DNA from: an uncultured Gemmatimonadaceae bacterium
GTDB taxonomy: Bacteria; Gemmatimonadota; Gemmatimonadetes; Gemmatimonadales; Gemmatimonadaceae
Assembly: GCA_963817955.1 (NCBI GenBank)
Contig: CAWFQK010000002.1
Span: forward strand, 320,001 to 384,000
Direction of reading: 5' to 3'
Length of the DNA: 64,000 nt
Shown: in pieces, positions 9,585 through 19,189 of the stretch
How the letters are laid out: every line of letters begins with the position of its first letter
Position numbering within the stretch: the first letter of the stretch is position 1
Notes under the pieces: model-generated
What the model saw: only the letters and a program-made list of their open reading frames with translations
Told to the model about the DNA's origin: nothing
The model's database searches: none
Program-made: the position numbers and the translations under genes

Positions 9585-10922
9585 TCATCGCATGAACATG
9601 TTCGGCGAAAATTTTCCCGGCTTGCCGCCGGAGCCCGCCGCTTTCTTCATCATCTTCTGCATCTCGCGGAACTGCTCGAGCAGCCGGTTGACCTCGCTGA
9701 TCGGACGGCCGGATCCCTTGGCGACGCGCGCGCGGCGCGACCCGTTCATGAGATCGGGCTTCTTGCGCTCCTGGAGAGTCATCGACAGCACGATCGCCTC
9801 GAGGTGCTTGATCCGCTTGGGATCGGCTGCCTTCACCTGTTTGAGCATCTTCGTATTGACGCCCGGGAGCATCTTGAGCAGCCCCTCGAGGGGACCGAGC
9901 CGCTCGATCTGCTTCATTGCCGACAGGAAGTCGGTGAGGTCCATGCCTTCCTTCCGGACCTTCTTCTCCAGGCGCTTCGATTCGTCGGCATCGAACGCGG
10001 TCTGCGCCTTTTCGACGAGCGAGACGATGTCGCCCTGCTGGAGAATGCGGCCCGCCATGCGCTCGGGATAGAACTCCTCGAGGGCATCAGACTTCTCGCC
10101 GACACCGATGTACTTGATCGGCTTCTTGGTGACGCCATAGATGGACAACGCGGCGCCGCCCCGGGCGTCGCCATCCATCTTCGTGAGCACGACGCCGGTA
10201 ACGTGCAGGCGGTCGTCGAAGCCCTGCGCGATCTTCACGGCATCCTGACCGGTCATGCCGTCGGCGACGAGCAGAATCTCGTCGGGCCGGATTGCCTCCT
10301 TGAGGCGCTCCAACTCCCGCATCATCTCGTCGTCGATCTGCAATCGGCCGGCGGTGTCGACGATGACGACGCGGTCGCGCGCGCGCCTCGCGTCGTCAAT
10401 GCCGGCCTTGGCGATCTTCACGACGTCCTGCGTGCTCCGATCGGCATACACCGGCACGTCGAGTTGCTGTCCAAGCGCCTCGAGCTGATCGATGGCTGCC
10501 GGCCGATACACGTCCGCAGCGATGAGGCGGGTCGGACGATTCTCCGCTTTGAGCTTGCGAGCGAGCTTGGCCGCGGTGGTGGTCTTACCCGAGCCCTGCA
10601 GGCCAACCATCATGATGACGGTGGGCGGCACGGAGCTCATCTTGAGCCCTTCGCGGCGCTCGCCGAGCATGGCGGTGAGCTCGTCGTAGACGATCTTGAC
10701 GAGCTGCTGCCCCGGGGAGATAGTGCGAAGCTGCGCGACTCCTACGGCCTTCTTCTCGACGCGCTCCAGGAACTCGCGCGTGAGCTGGAAATTGACGTCC
10801 GCCTCGAGCAAGACGCGGCGGACCTCCCGGAGGCCTTCCTTGATGTCGGCTTCGGTGAGGACACCGCGCCCGCGGAGGCGGGAGAAGGTCGCTTCGAGTT
10901 TCTCGGAAAGCTCGTCGAACAT
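9585..10922 (-). CDS. ffh: Signal recognition particle protein Ffh
   Basis: 'LLEADV', 'GLQGSGKTTT', 'DTAGRLQ', 'TKMDGDARGG', M-domain 'SRRARVAKGSG'. Confidence 0.98.
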   Translation of the reverse strand: MFDELSEKLEATFSRLRGRGVLTEADIKEGLREVRRVLLEADVNFQLTREFLERVEKKAVGVAQLRTISPGQQLVKIVYDELTAMLGERREGLKMSSVPPTVIMMVGLQGSGKTTTAAKLARKLKAENRPTRLIAADVYRPAAIDQLEALGQQLDVPVYADRSTQDVVKIAKAGIDDARRARDRVVIVDTAGRLQIDDEMMRELERLKEAIRPDEILLVADGMTGQDAVKIAQGFDDRLHVTGVVLTKMDGDARGGAALSIYGVTKKPIKYIGVGEKSDALEEFYPERMAGRILQQGDIVSLVEKAQTAFDADESKRLEKKVRKEGMDLTDFLSAMKQIERLGPLEGLLKMLPGVNTKMLKQVKAADPKRIKHLEAIVLSMTLQERKKPDLMNGSRRARVAKGSGRPISEVNRLLEQFREMQKMMKKAAGSGGKPGKFSPNMFMR

Positions 10923-10989
10923 AGACCGGGAAAGGTAGCCGTTCGGGTGGACGGATTCAAGCGCCGGGTACCACCTAAGAATCACCGGG

Positions 10990-10998
10990 TGTTATACT
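10990..10998 (+). promoter_or_regulatory. Possible extended -10 promoter (TGnTATACT) for lon
   Basis: TG-T-TATACT about 50 nt upstream of the lon ATG. Confidence 0.45.
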
Positions 10999-11049
10999 TA
11001 CGAGACTCCCCAGGCTCAATGACTGGCGGCTCGTCTTCAGTAGAGGTCT

Positions 11050-13515
11050 ATGGCCAAGCCACAGCGTAAGGACGAAATCCTCAAGTCGGAGCTTCCTCCG
11101 ACGCTTCCGCTCATGGCCCTGCGATCGACGATCGTGTACCCATTGGGTACGATCGCGGTTCAAATGGGTGCCCCCGAAAATCTCGCGCTCCTGCGCGGTC
11201 ACGAAGAGCCTGGGCTGATCGTGGCGCTTGTCGTCGCGAGCGGAGACCACGACGAACCAATCGACTCGCAGCGTTTCATTGGGCGCGTCGGCGTGGCCGC
11301 ACGCGTGCACGAGCGAATCAATCTGCCGGGTGATACGGTGCAGATCACGCTGCAGGGGCTGCGGCGCATCGTTGTCGATGAGATGTATCAGACGGAGCCC
11401 TACCCGGTCGCCGTCGTGCATGCGGCGCGTGAGTTGCCGGCCGATCCAAAGGAAATCGAGGACCTGGTCGCCCGCGTGGTATCGGCGGCAGAGACGCTGG
11501 CCGAGATGGTGGATCGCATTCCCGACGAGGTTCCGGCAATCCTCAAGATGAACGTCTCCGATCCGGGCCGGTTCGCCGACCTGGCAGCGACGAATATGAA
11601 TTTTCGGATCGCTGACAAGGATGAAGTGCTGCAGCGCCTGGAAGTGGGTCAGCGATTGAGCTTCATTCTCACGCGGCTCGAGCGCGAAGTCGCCCGGGCG
11701 CGCGTGATGGAAGACGTGAAGCGTCAGACCGAGATCAAGATCGAGCAGCACCAGCGCGAGTTCTATCTGCGGCAGCAACTGCGCGCCATTCAGTCGGAGC
11801 TGGGCGAAGCAGATCCCGGCGAGAAAGAAGCGATCGACCTCCTCAAGCGGATCGAGGACGCCAAGTTGCCGGACAAGGTCGCGCAGGAAGCGCGTCGAGA
11901 GACCGAGCGCATGCGCATGTTGTCGCCGGCGTCCAGCGAGTACCAGGTCGTGCGCACGTATCTCGACTGGGTGCTGTCGTTGCCGTGGAACAGGCGGACG
12001 GGCGAGGACGAGATCGATCTCAAGAAGGTCGAGGCGGCGCTCGACGAGCGGCATTACGGCTTGGACGAAGCAAAGGAGCGCATCATCGAATACCTCGCCG
12101 TGCGCAAGCTGCGCGGCGGCGATCCACACGGTCCCGTGCTGTGCTTCGTTGGGCCGCCGGGCACGGGCAAGACGTCGCTCGGCGAAGCAATCGGCAAATC
12201 GATCGGGCGCGAGTTCTATCGCATCTCGGTGGGCGGCGTCCGCGATGAGGCGGAGATCCGCGGCCACCGGCGCACGTACGTGGGCGCCATGCCGGGCCTC
12301 ATCATCCAAGCGCTGCGGCGCGTGGCAGTGAAGGACCCCGTGCTCATGATCGACGAGATCGACAAGATGTCCGGCGGGGGCCCATCAGGAGATCCAACGG
12401 CGGCGATGCTCGAGGTGCTCGACCCCCGCCAGAACAACATGTTCGTCGATCACTACCTCAACCTGCCGTTCGATCTGTCGCAGTCGTTGTTCATCTGCAC
12501 GGCGAACAATCTGTTCGACATTCCTGCGCCGCTCCGCGACCGCATGGAAGTCATCAAGATCGCGGGGTACACCGTCGAGGAGAAAGTCGAGATTGCGTGG
12601 CGTTACTTGTTGCCGCGCCTACTCGAGGAGCATGGGATCAGCGACAAGGACATGCAATTCACCGACGAATCGCTGTCGTTCATCTCCAACCGCTACTCGC
12701 GCGAAGCAGGGCTCCGCAATTTCGAGCGCAATCTCGCCGCGATCATGCGCAAGCGTGCGCGTGCCAAGGCGGAAGGCGAAGAAGGCGCGTGGGTCGTGGA
12801 CCTCGATAAAGTGGAGGAGGTGCTCGGCATTCCGCGCTACGCCGTCGAGGAAGCGGAGCGGGTGCCGGAGGTAGGCGTCGTGACCGGTCTGGCGTGGACG
12901 TCCAATGGTGGCGACATCATGCTCATCGAGGCGCTACGCATGCCGGGCCAGGGACGGCTCACCGTGACCGGTCAGCTTGGCGACGTGATGCGCGAGTCCG
13001 TGGACGCGGCTTTCTCGTACGTCCGGTCGCGCGCCCATCAGCTCGGGATCGACGACTCGGTGTTTCGCGAGAGCGACCTGCACGTCCATCTCCCCGCCGG
13101 CGCCATTCCGAAGGATGGTCCAAGCGCCGGCATCACGCTCACGTTGGCGATCGCCAGCGCGCTCGGCGGCCGTCCCGTGCGCCGCGACGTCGCGATGACC
13201 GGCGAAGTCACGCTGCGCGGCAAGGTGCTGGAGATTGGCGGAGTGAAGGAGAAAATACTCGCCGCCTATCGCGCGGGGCTGCGCGAAGTGATCATGCCCA
13301 AGTCGAACGAAAAAGACTTGCGCGAAGTGCCCGAGGAGGTGCGCAAGAACATGGCGTTCACCTTCGTCGAGAAGATGGACGAAGTCCTGCACCTCGCCCT
13401 CCTGCCTCCGGTATCGGAGGCGCTCGCCGATCGGGTGCAGCCTGAGGTCTCACCCGGCATCGCCGGCGCCACGACGACAGCCGACCGGGAAGAATCGGTT
13501 TCCGCGGACCGGTAG
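11050..13515 (+). CDS. lon: ATP-dependent Lon protease, copy 1 (intact)
   Basis: LON N-domain, Walker A 'GPPGTGKTS', '[12 protein letters not shown]', 'DEIDK', catalytic 'PKDGPSAG' and 'GGVKEK'. Confidence 0.97.
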   Translation: MAKPQRKDEILKSELPPTLPLMALRSTIVYPLGTIAVQMGAPENLALLRGHEEPGLIVALVVASGDHDEPIDSQRFIGRVGVAARVHERINLPGDTVQITLQGLRRIVVDEMYQTEPYPVAVVHAARELPADPKEIEDLVARVVSAAETLAEMVDRIPDEVPAILKMNVSDPGRFADLAATNMNFRIADKDEVLQRLEVGQRLSFILTRLEREVARARVMEDVKRQTEIKIEQHQREFYLRQQLRAIQSELGEADPGEKEAIDLLKRIEDAKLPDKVAQEARRETERMRMLSPASSEYQVVRTYLDWVLSLPWNRRTGEDEIDLKKVEAALDERHYGLDEAKERIIEYLAVRKLRGGDPHGPVLCFVGPPGTGKTSLGEAIGKSIGREFYRISVGGVRDEAEIRGHRRTYVGAMPGLIIQALRRVAVKDPVLMIDEIDKMSGGGPSGDPTAAMLEVLDPRQNNMFVDHYLNLPFDLSQSLFICTANNLFDIPAPLRDRMEVIKIAGYTVEEKVEIAWRYLLPRLLEEHGISDKDMQFTDESLSFISNRYSREAGLRNFERNLAAIMRKRARAKAEGEEGAWVVDLDKVEEVLGIPRYAVEEAERVPEVGVVTGLAWTSNGGDIMLIEALRMPGQGRLTVTGQLGDVMRESVDAAFSYVRSRAHQLGIDDSVFRESDLHVHLPAGAIPKDGPSAGITLTLAIASALGGRPVRRDVAMTGEVTLRGKVLEIGGVKEKILAAYRAGLREVIMPKSNEKDLREVPEEVRKNMAFTFVEKMDEVLHLALLPPVSEALADRVQPEVSPGIAGATTTADREESVSADR

Positions 13516-13520
13516 GGGAG

Positions 13521-13645
13521 GAGACACGGGACACGGGACACGGGACACGAGAAACTCACAACGCACAACTCACAACTGGCAACTCGAAACTCGCCGACCG
13601 GTGGGCCGACCGGTACGGAGCAGCCAGTGACATCCAGCCGGTCAA
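13521..13645 (+). repeat. Dispersed ~120-bp heptamer-rich repeat, copy B
   Basis: GACACGG units, then (ACAACTC)-like units, then GCCGACCGGTGGGCCGACCGGTACGGAGCAGCCAGTGACATCCAGCC; starts about 5 nt after the lon stop. Confidence 0.92.
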
Positions 13646-13784
13646 CACCCGGAGCCCAATCCGATCTCCCAGGTCCTTCGCTCAGGAGGACAGGCCGTCG
13701 CGGGTACTGTAATCAGTGGTGAGTTGTCAGTTGTCAGTATACGGGTCATGCGCACCAGGGCGCCTGGTTAGCAGGCCACTATCG

Positions 13785-13835
13785 CCGGTCGGCGAGGTTC
13801 GGGTGTCCAGTTGTGAGTCGTGAGTCGTGAGTTGT
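13785..13835 (-). repeat. Degenerate partial copy of the same repeat, inverted relative to copy B
   Basis: CCGGTCGGCGAGGTTCGGGTGTCCAGTTGTGAGTCGTGAGTCGTGAGTTGT aligns with the tail of copy A. Confidence 0.65.
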
Positions 13836-14119
13836 AAAAACGGACCCCGCGCGACCACCCTGCACAATTCTATTTCGCTGTGAACGTGACGCCCGACTCA
13901 ATGTCACCGAACCTTCGCGAAGGTCATTAGGGCTGCCGGATCAATTCCTTCCCTTTCGCTCGGAATTGTCGCATCACGATGCAGTCTGGCGAGGTGGACG
14001 TCTCGGAATGTGGGCGATTGGTAAGCGGAATGAAGCCACCGCGCCCCGATCCTGGCCCGCCGCGGGTGGCGTTACTCGGCCGCGGCCAAGAGTAACGCTG
14101 CCGCGCCCGGTTCCCGAAC

Positions 14120-14232
14120 GTGCCGCGGCCATGATCCGCCATGCCGCGCTATCGATCTGCGTACCGCGCTATCGGTCCGCCATGCCGCGCTATCGATCTG
14201 CGTGCCGCGCTGTCGATCCGCATGCCGCGCGC
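14120..14232. repeat. About 5.5 tandem copies of a 20-21-bp unit (RTGCCGCGCTATCGATCYGC)
   Basis: Units visible directly, e.g. ATGCCGCGCTATCGATCTGC at 14141 and 14182. Confidence 0.85.
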
Positions 14233-14596
14233 AGGGCGCAGAACTCCGCAAGATGAAGTCGGCGTACCGCGCGAGCGGCGGCCGTGCCATTCCAAGTCGG
14301 TGGGGTAGGCGCAAGGACAGCCGGTGTTGCCGCGCGCGCCGGTCGGATGCCGCCGAAATTTGAGCCGTACCGCGCATGGCCCCCCACGCGCAACCGCTTT
14401 CCGCCGGCGCCCCGCGCCGGATGCGACTACGGCGCGAGTTGCATCCGTCGCGCCGCGGTCGGAGACCAGAAGCCGCGGCGAGAGCACGTTGCGCCGCGCC
14501 CGGGAGCCTGACGCCACTGCCGGCCGGTGAGGCGTGGATTGGGCTCTGGGTGCTGACTGGACGGTGAGGCGTGGATTGGCATCCAAGCTCTATTCT

Positions 14597-14716
14597 GGCT
14601 GGATGTCGCTGGCTGCTCCGTACCGGTCGGCCCACCGGTCGGCGAGTTTCGAGTTTCCAGTCGTGTGTTGTGCGTGGTGCGTTTCTCGTGTCCCGTGTCC
14701 CGTGTCCCGACTCGCG
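14597..14716 (-). repeat. Dispersed ~120-bp heptamer-rich repeat, copy C
   Basis: Same ~50-bp core as copy A; begins just after the stop codon of the 14717-15055 gene. Confidence 0.92.
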
Positions 14717-15055
14717 TCAGTCCGGCACCCGCTCCTTCGTCGCTCCGCATGCAATGCACGTGCGGAACGCGGCGTCGATCACCACCTGACTCGTAGGCCG
14801 GCCGCAATTCGCACAGTCCTCCACGACGATCGGTTGAACGATGGTGTGCAGACCGTTGCGCACGAGCCGCGCGGCCATCACAACGGGCGCGGTGGCCCCA
14901 ATGGGGCACATGCTACCCGTGCAGAGATGGCCCACCTCGAGGCAGACGATCTCCGTGTCGTGCACGTTCGCTTGGCCATCCTGGGACGGCTCGTCCGTGA
15001 CGACGATGTGCACGTCCTTGTCACAGGCAGAGCAATAGGCGACTTGCGTTTTCAT
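14717..15055 (-). CDS. Small Cys-rich putative metal-binding protein (112 aa), last gene of the rnf operon
   Basis: GGAGG RBS; MKTQVAYCSAC...; 9 Cys arranged CxxC, Cx6Cx4C, CxxC, CxxC. Confidence 0.75.
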   Translation of the reverse strand: MKTQVAYCSACDKDVHIVVTDEPSQDGQANVHDTEIVCLEVGHLCTGSMCPIGATAPVVMAARLVRNGLHTIVQPIVVEDCANCGRPTSQVVIDAAFRTCIACGATKERVPD

Positions 15056-15068
15056 GCGTGACCTCCGA

Positions 15069-15644
15069 TCAGGCAGAGCCCATCCCCGCGAACCCCATGA
15101 ACGCGAGTGACAGCGTGGCGGCAATGATGAACACCAGCGCCGGACCGCGGGCGATGGCGGGGATGGGCGCGAACTCCATCCGCTCGCGGATCCCGCCCAC
15201 GAGCGACAGCACGGCGGTGATTCCCAGCCCGCCGCCAATCGCGAACATGAGCCCTTCGAGCAGCGTGTAGCCGCGGTTCGTCTGGAAGATCGCCATGCCC
15301 AGCACCTGGCTGTTGCTGGCGATCAGGGGCAGGAAGATGCCGAGCTCCCGGTAGAGCGAGGGGCTGGTCTTCTTCACGAACAGCTCGACGATCTGGACGA
15401 TCGACGCAATCGCGACGACGAAGGAGATCACTCGCAGGAACGGGGCGGTGGCGAGCACATACGTGTTGAGCACCCAGGCGGCGAGGCTTGCCAGCGCCAT
15501 CACGAACGTGGTCGCGAGGCCGAGCCGCAGCCCCGTCTCGCTCTGGTTCGTCACGCCGATGAGCGGGCACAGTCCCAGGAAATAGACCAGGACGAAATTC
15601 GTGACGATCGCGGCCGAGATGAAGATCCAGAAGAGATTGCTCAT
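15069..15644 (-). CDS. rnfA: Rnf complex subunit A
   Basis: 'NFVLVYFLGLCP', 'LYRELGIFLPLI', 'IRER', 'LSLAFMGF'; ATGA overlap with rnfE. Confidence 0.93.
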   Translation of the reverse strand: MSNLFWIFISAAIVTNFVLVYFLGLCPLIGVTNQSETGLRLGLATTFVMALASLAAWVLNTYVLATAPFLRVISFVVAIASIVQIVELFVKKTSPSLYRELGIFLPLIASNSQVLGMAIFQTNRGYTLLEGLMFAIGGGLGITAVLSLVGGIRERMEFAPIPAIARGPALVFIIAATLSLAFMGFAGMGSA

Positions 15645-16351
15645 ACCAGTACCGCCTCGGGTTCCTTCGTTTGTCCAATCGGCACCGCAACCGGAACCGC
15701 TGCCGCCCGCGCGGCGCGCGTGCGCGCCTGCTTCCTGAGATCTCGCCAGTTCGCGGTGAGCAGCAGCACGCCAATCATGAAGAAGCCGCCCGGGGGCAGC
15801 ATCATCACCACCCAGGGTTCGAACCCCTTCGGCATGACGTGGACGCCGAGGAAGGTGCCGTTGCCGAGCACCTCGCGCGGAATGCCCATCATCAACAGGG
15901 CGATGGTGAACCCGACTCCATTCCCCAGCGCATCGAGAATCGAAAGCCCCACCGGTTGCCGCGACGCGAATGCCTCCTGCCGGCCGAGCACGATGCAGTT
16001 CGTGACGATGAGCGCGATGTAGGGCCCCATCGCCTTGTGCACGTCCGGCACGATCGCCTCGAGCAGCATGTCGGCGATCGCGAGGAAGGTGGCGATGATG
16101 AGGATGTACGTCGTGATGCGGATCTGATGAGGAATGAACTTCCGCAGCGTCGAGACGATGATGCTGGAGCCCACCAACACGAACATCGTGGCCAAACCCA
16201 TCGCGAGGCTGTTGGCCACCGCGTTGGTGACGGCGAGCGCGGAACAGAGCCCCAGCGTTTGCACCAGCACGGGGTTCTCGTTCCACAGCCCCCGCGTGAG
16301 TACGGCACCCGCGGTCTTCGGCGAGGACGTCTCCGCTTTGATCATACTCAT
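15641..16351 (-). CDS. rnfE: Rnf complex subunit E
   Basis: 'GLWNENPVLVQTLGLCSALAVT', 'LIVTNCIVLGR', 'LPPGGF'; own RBS (GAGGA) before ATG 16351. Confidence 0.93.
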   Translation of the reverse strand: MSMIKAETSSPKTAGAVLTRGLWNENPVLVQTLGLCSALAVTNAVANSLAMGLATMFVLVGSSIIVSTLRKFIPHQIRITTYILIIATFLAIADMLLEAIVPDVHKAMGPYIALIVTNCIVLGRQEAFASRQPVGLSILDALGNGVGFTIALLMMGIPREVLGNGTFLGVHVMPKGFEPWVVMMLPPGGFFMIGVLLLTANWRDLRKQARTRAARAAAVPVAVPIGQTKEPEAVLV

Positions 16352-16368
16352 GGGAGAATCCTCATCGG

Positions 16369-17368
16369 TTAGATGATCCGGGCGAGCTGCGCGCCCGGGA
16401 GATGGGTGCGCCAGGTCACGCGTGATCTCGGATTCGGTCATGCCGAACAGCGCCGTGGTCGCCGCGTCGGCGTGCATCACCGAGTCCGCGATGATGGACA
16501 GGCTCTGCATGTCGGTCGCCCGCGGCTGGGCCGTGGCCGGATCCATGATGTGGTGATACGTGTGTCCCCGATACCGGAAGAACTGCCGGTACGTGCCAGA
16601 CGTTGCCACGGCGCGGTCGGCGAGGCGGAGCGTCCCGACGATGGCCCGTTCGTCCGTCGGCGACTGGATGCCGATCGACCACGCCTCGCCATCGGGCGCG
16701 GTACCCAGCGCGTAGAGGTCACCGCCTGCAACGACGACGGCCTTCTCGATGCCGCGGCGCCGTAGCGCTGTGATCGCGCGATCGACACCGTAGCCCTTGG
16801 CGACGCTGCCCAGATCCAGCCGCGCGCCGCTGCCATGGTAGCGCAGCACCGGAGCGCCGTGCTGCATTCCGACCTCGACGCTGCGGTAGAACTGACGGTT
16901 GGCCAGCTCCGCCACGCGATCCGCTGGCGGCGGCTCGTGCCGGTGCTTCACGTCCCAGAGGCGCACCACCGCGCCCGCCGCCGGATCATACCGGCCGTCG
17001 AGCGCGCTCGCCCAGCGCAGTCCCTCGGCGGTCACATGCGCCGTTTCCGGCGTCACCACCACTGCATCGTGCGCCGCGAACAGGTTGGCACGGCCGATAT
17101 CCGAGGTATCGGTGAAGCGCGTCATCGAGCGCTCCACCCACTCCAGTTCGGCGATTGCGGCGTCGATCGCCGCGTGTGCCTGCTGTGGGTCGCGATGCAC
17201 CACCGCGAATTGCGCAATCGTACCCATGACAGGCTTCGTCCGGTGCACGACGCCGGCCGGCCGATGCCTGGCCAGCGGGATGGCCGCGACGACGAACGCG
17301 CCGAGCCCAAGGCCAACGAACTCGCGGCGCCCAATCTGCTGCTGGATGCCGTCCGATATGATGGTCAT
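16369..17368 (-). CDS. apbE: FAD:protein FMN transferase ApbE with Tat signal; +1 frameshift near the 3' end (~16405)
   Basis: 'GRREFV' Tat motif, 'VMGT', 'LDLGSVAKGYGVD', 'AVATSGTY', 'HHIMDP', 'ADAATTALF'; the alternative frame ends HLPGAQLARII-TAA at 16369. Confidence 0.88.
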
Positions 17369-17511
17369 CGTTTCTTCTCTCCATCAGTGTCACACGCCCC
17401 ATCGCCAGTGCAACCGCCGCAGTGGCCGGTGCAAGCGCTGTTTCTGGGACGCAGCATGGTGAACAACCCGAACAGGAACGCCGCGCCAATCACGCCCACG
17501 ATCACTGTCAT
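17365..17511 (-). CDS. Unannotated 48-aa single-TM Cys-rich peptide (NqrM-like or FeoB-associated-like)
   Basis: MTVIVGVIGAAFLFGLFTMLRPRNSACTGHCGGCTGDGACDTDGEKKR; ATGA overlaps with both the rnfG stop and the apbE start. Confidence 0.8.
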   Translation of the reverse strand: MTVIVGVIGAAFLFGLFTMLRPRNSACTGHCGGCTGDGACDTDGEKKR

Positions 17512-18173
17512 GGCTTCGTCTCCTCATGATATGCGTCCATCAGCGGCTGCCAGCGCGCGATCGCGTTGTTCATGATCCGGATGACCGCGCGCGACGAGAT
17601 GGTGGCGCCGGTGATCATCACCACATCGTTGGGCCCGCTCTTGCCTCTGTCCTTCTTCACGCCATTCAGCGGCGCGACGGCGTTCACGAAACCGTTCACG
17701 AACGCACTATCCGTCTCGATCTTGTTGCCAAGACCCGGTGTCTCTTTGTTGCCGATCACTTTCATTGCGATCAGCTTGTGCGCCGACGCATCGTAGCCGA
17801 ACATTAGCGTTACGAGATCCTGAAATCCGTTCTCCGCTGCGTTGATCGCGAACCCGACGCGCTTCCCCGCCGCATCGTGACCGAGGTACACCTTCTCGAT
17901 GCCCTTTGGACTCGTTCCCGCCGGCAAGGTCTTCGACAGCTTGCCCCCGAGGAGATAGAGCGTGTCGTATGTTGGCGGCGCCTTGAGCACTTCCTTGATC
18001 GCCGCTTCCATGACTTCGCCCTGATGCTGCTCGATCTTCGGCAGCGTCGTCTGGTACGCGGTGGCGATCAGCAGACCTGCCATCGCGCCGGCTGTCGTCA
18101 TCATTGCCAACAGCTTCCACGAGCGAACATCCTTCGCCACGACGGGCGGGCCGCCACTCATCCCCATGCTCAT
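17508..18173 (-). CDS. rnfG: Rnf complex subunit G (FMN-binding)
   Basis: N-terminal TM helix, 'ETPGLG', flavinylation motif 'ITGATISS'. Confidence 0.92.
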   Translation of the reverse strand: MSMGMSGGPPVVAKDVRSWKLLAMMTTAGAMAGLLIATAYQTTLPKIEQHQGEVMEAAIKEVLKAPPTYDTLYLLGGKLSKTLPAGTSPKGIEKVYLGHDAAGKRVGFAINAAENGFQDLVTLMFGYDASAHKLIAMKVIGNKETPGLGNKIETDSAFVNGFVNAVAPLNGVKKDRGKSGPNDVVMITGATISSRAVIRIMNNAIARWQPLMDAYHEETKP

Positions 18174-19189
18174 GCGGTCACCGCCTTCGCGGTACTCGTC
18201 CCGAACACCCGTGGCTGCGTTGCCTTGTTGATGAACGGCACGAGCGCGTTCATGAGCAGAATGGCGTACATCACGCCTTCAGGCAGACCGCCCCAGACGC
18301 GGATGATGACGACCAGCAGGCCAATGCCGAACCCGAACAGCCATTGTCCGGCGTTCGTCACGGGGCTCGTGACCATATCTGTGGCCATGAACACCGCGCC
18401 GAGCATCAGCCCGCCCGAGAACAGCATGAACGCCGGCGTCGGATACTTCGGGTTCGCCAGGTGCAGAATCGTCGCAAACACCGCCACGGTGGCGAAGATG
18501 CTCACCGGAGCCCGCCAGTTGAGATACCGCCGCCAGGCCAGATAGCCGCCGCAGAGCAGGATCAGAAGCGCCGACGTCTCGCCCAATGAGCCGCCGGTGT
18601 TGCCAACGAACATGTTGAAAATTGCCGTGCCCTTCGCCTCGAACTTCATGAGGCCGAGCGGTGTGGCGGCGGTGATGGCATCCGTGTGGGCGCTGATGAA
18701 CGGTAGCGCCAGGTTGTCGCCGCGCAGCGACCACCACTTCATGGCCCCACCCGCTGCTGGCCACGTCGTGATCGCCACCGGGAACGCTGCCTGAAGGAAC
18801 GCCCGCCCGAACAGCGCCGGGTTGAAGATGTTGTATCCCAGGCCGCCGAACAGCAGCTTGCCGAACCCGATGCCGAGCGCCCCGCCCATGAATGCCATCC
18901 ACATTGGCATCCCAGCGGGAAGCGTGAGCCCGAGCAGCATGCCGGTGATCGCCGCGGAACCGTCGCCCAGGGAGCCGCGGTTCCCCAGCAGTCGCTCGGC
19001 GACCACCGCGCCCGCCACGCCAGCACCGACGACGAGGAGCGCGCTCGGTCCAAAGAAATACGTCGCGATCGCCACCAGCGGCAGGAGACTGGCAACCACA
19101 TTCCACATGATGACCGGCGTGCTCACCGGTCCGCGAATGTGCGGCGATGCCGCAATGACGAGCCGCCGAGACGAAGGCACGATGCTCAT
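18170..19189 (-). CDS. rnfD: Rnf complex subunit D
   Basis: 'SPHIR', 'KLLFGGLGYNIFNPAL', FMN-Thr motif 'DAITAATPL', 'GSLGETS', 'FMATDMVTSP'. Confidence 0.95.
   Translation of the reverse strand: MSIVPSSRRLVIAASPHIRGPVSTPVIMWNVVASLLPLVAIATYFFGPSALLVVGAGVAGAVVAERLLGNRGSLGDGSAAITGMLLGLTLPAGMPMWMAFMGGALGIGFGKLLFGGLGYNIFNPALFGRAFLQAAFPVAITTWPAAGGAMKWWSLRGDNLALPFISAHTDAITAATPLGLMKFEAKGTAIFNMFVGNTGGSLGETSALLILLCGGYLAWRRYLNWRAPVSIFATVAVFATILHLANPKYPTPAFMLFSGGLMLGAVFMATDMVTSPVTNAGQWLFGFGIGLLVVIIRVWGGLPEGVMYAILLMNALVPFINKATQPRVFGTSTAKAVTA

Noticed and set aside
13930..13965. AAAGGGAA...CCGG segment on the minus strand resembling a cobalamin riboswitch
   Set aside because: No B12-box or GCCCCCGCAACUGU-like element and no downstream gene in that orientation.
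14120..14232. Possible CRISPR array (also considered for 5388-5458 and 6426-6477)
   Set aside because: Units are contiguous with no unique spacers, and there are no cas genes in the window.
15641..17368. 575-aa ApbE-RnfE fusion in the ORF track
   Set aside because: A one-base shift near 16405 gives ApbE a natural end and TAA at 16369, and rnfE has its own RBS and ATG at 16351; most likely an indel artefact.
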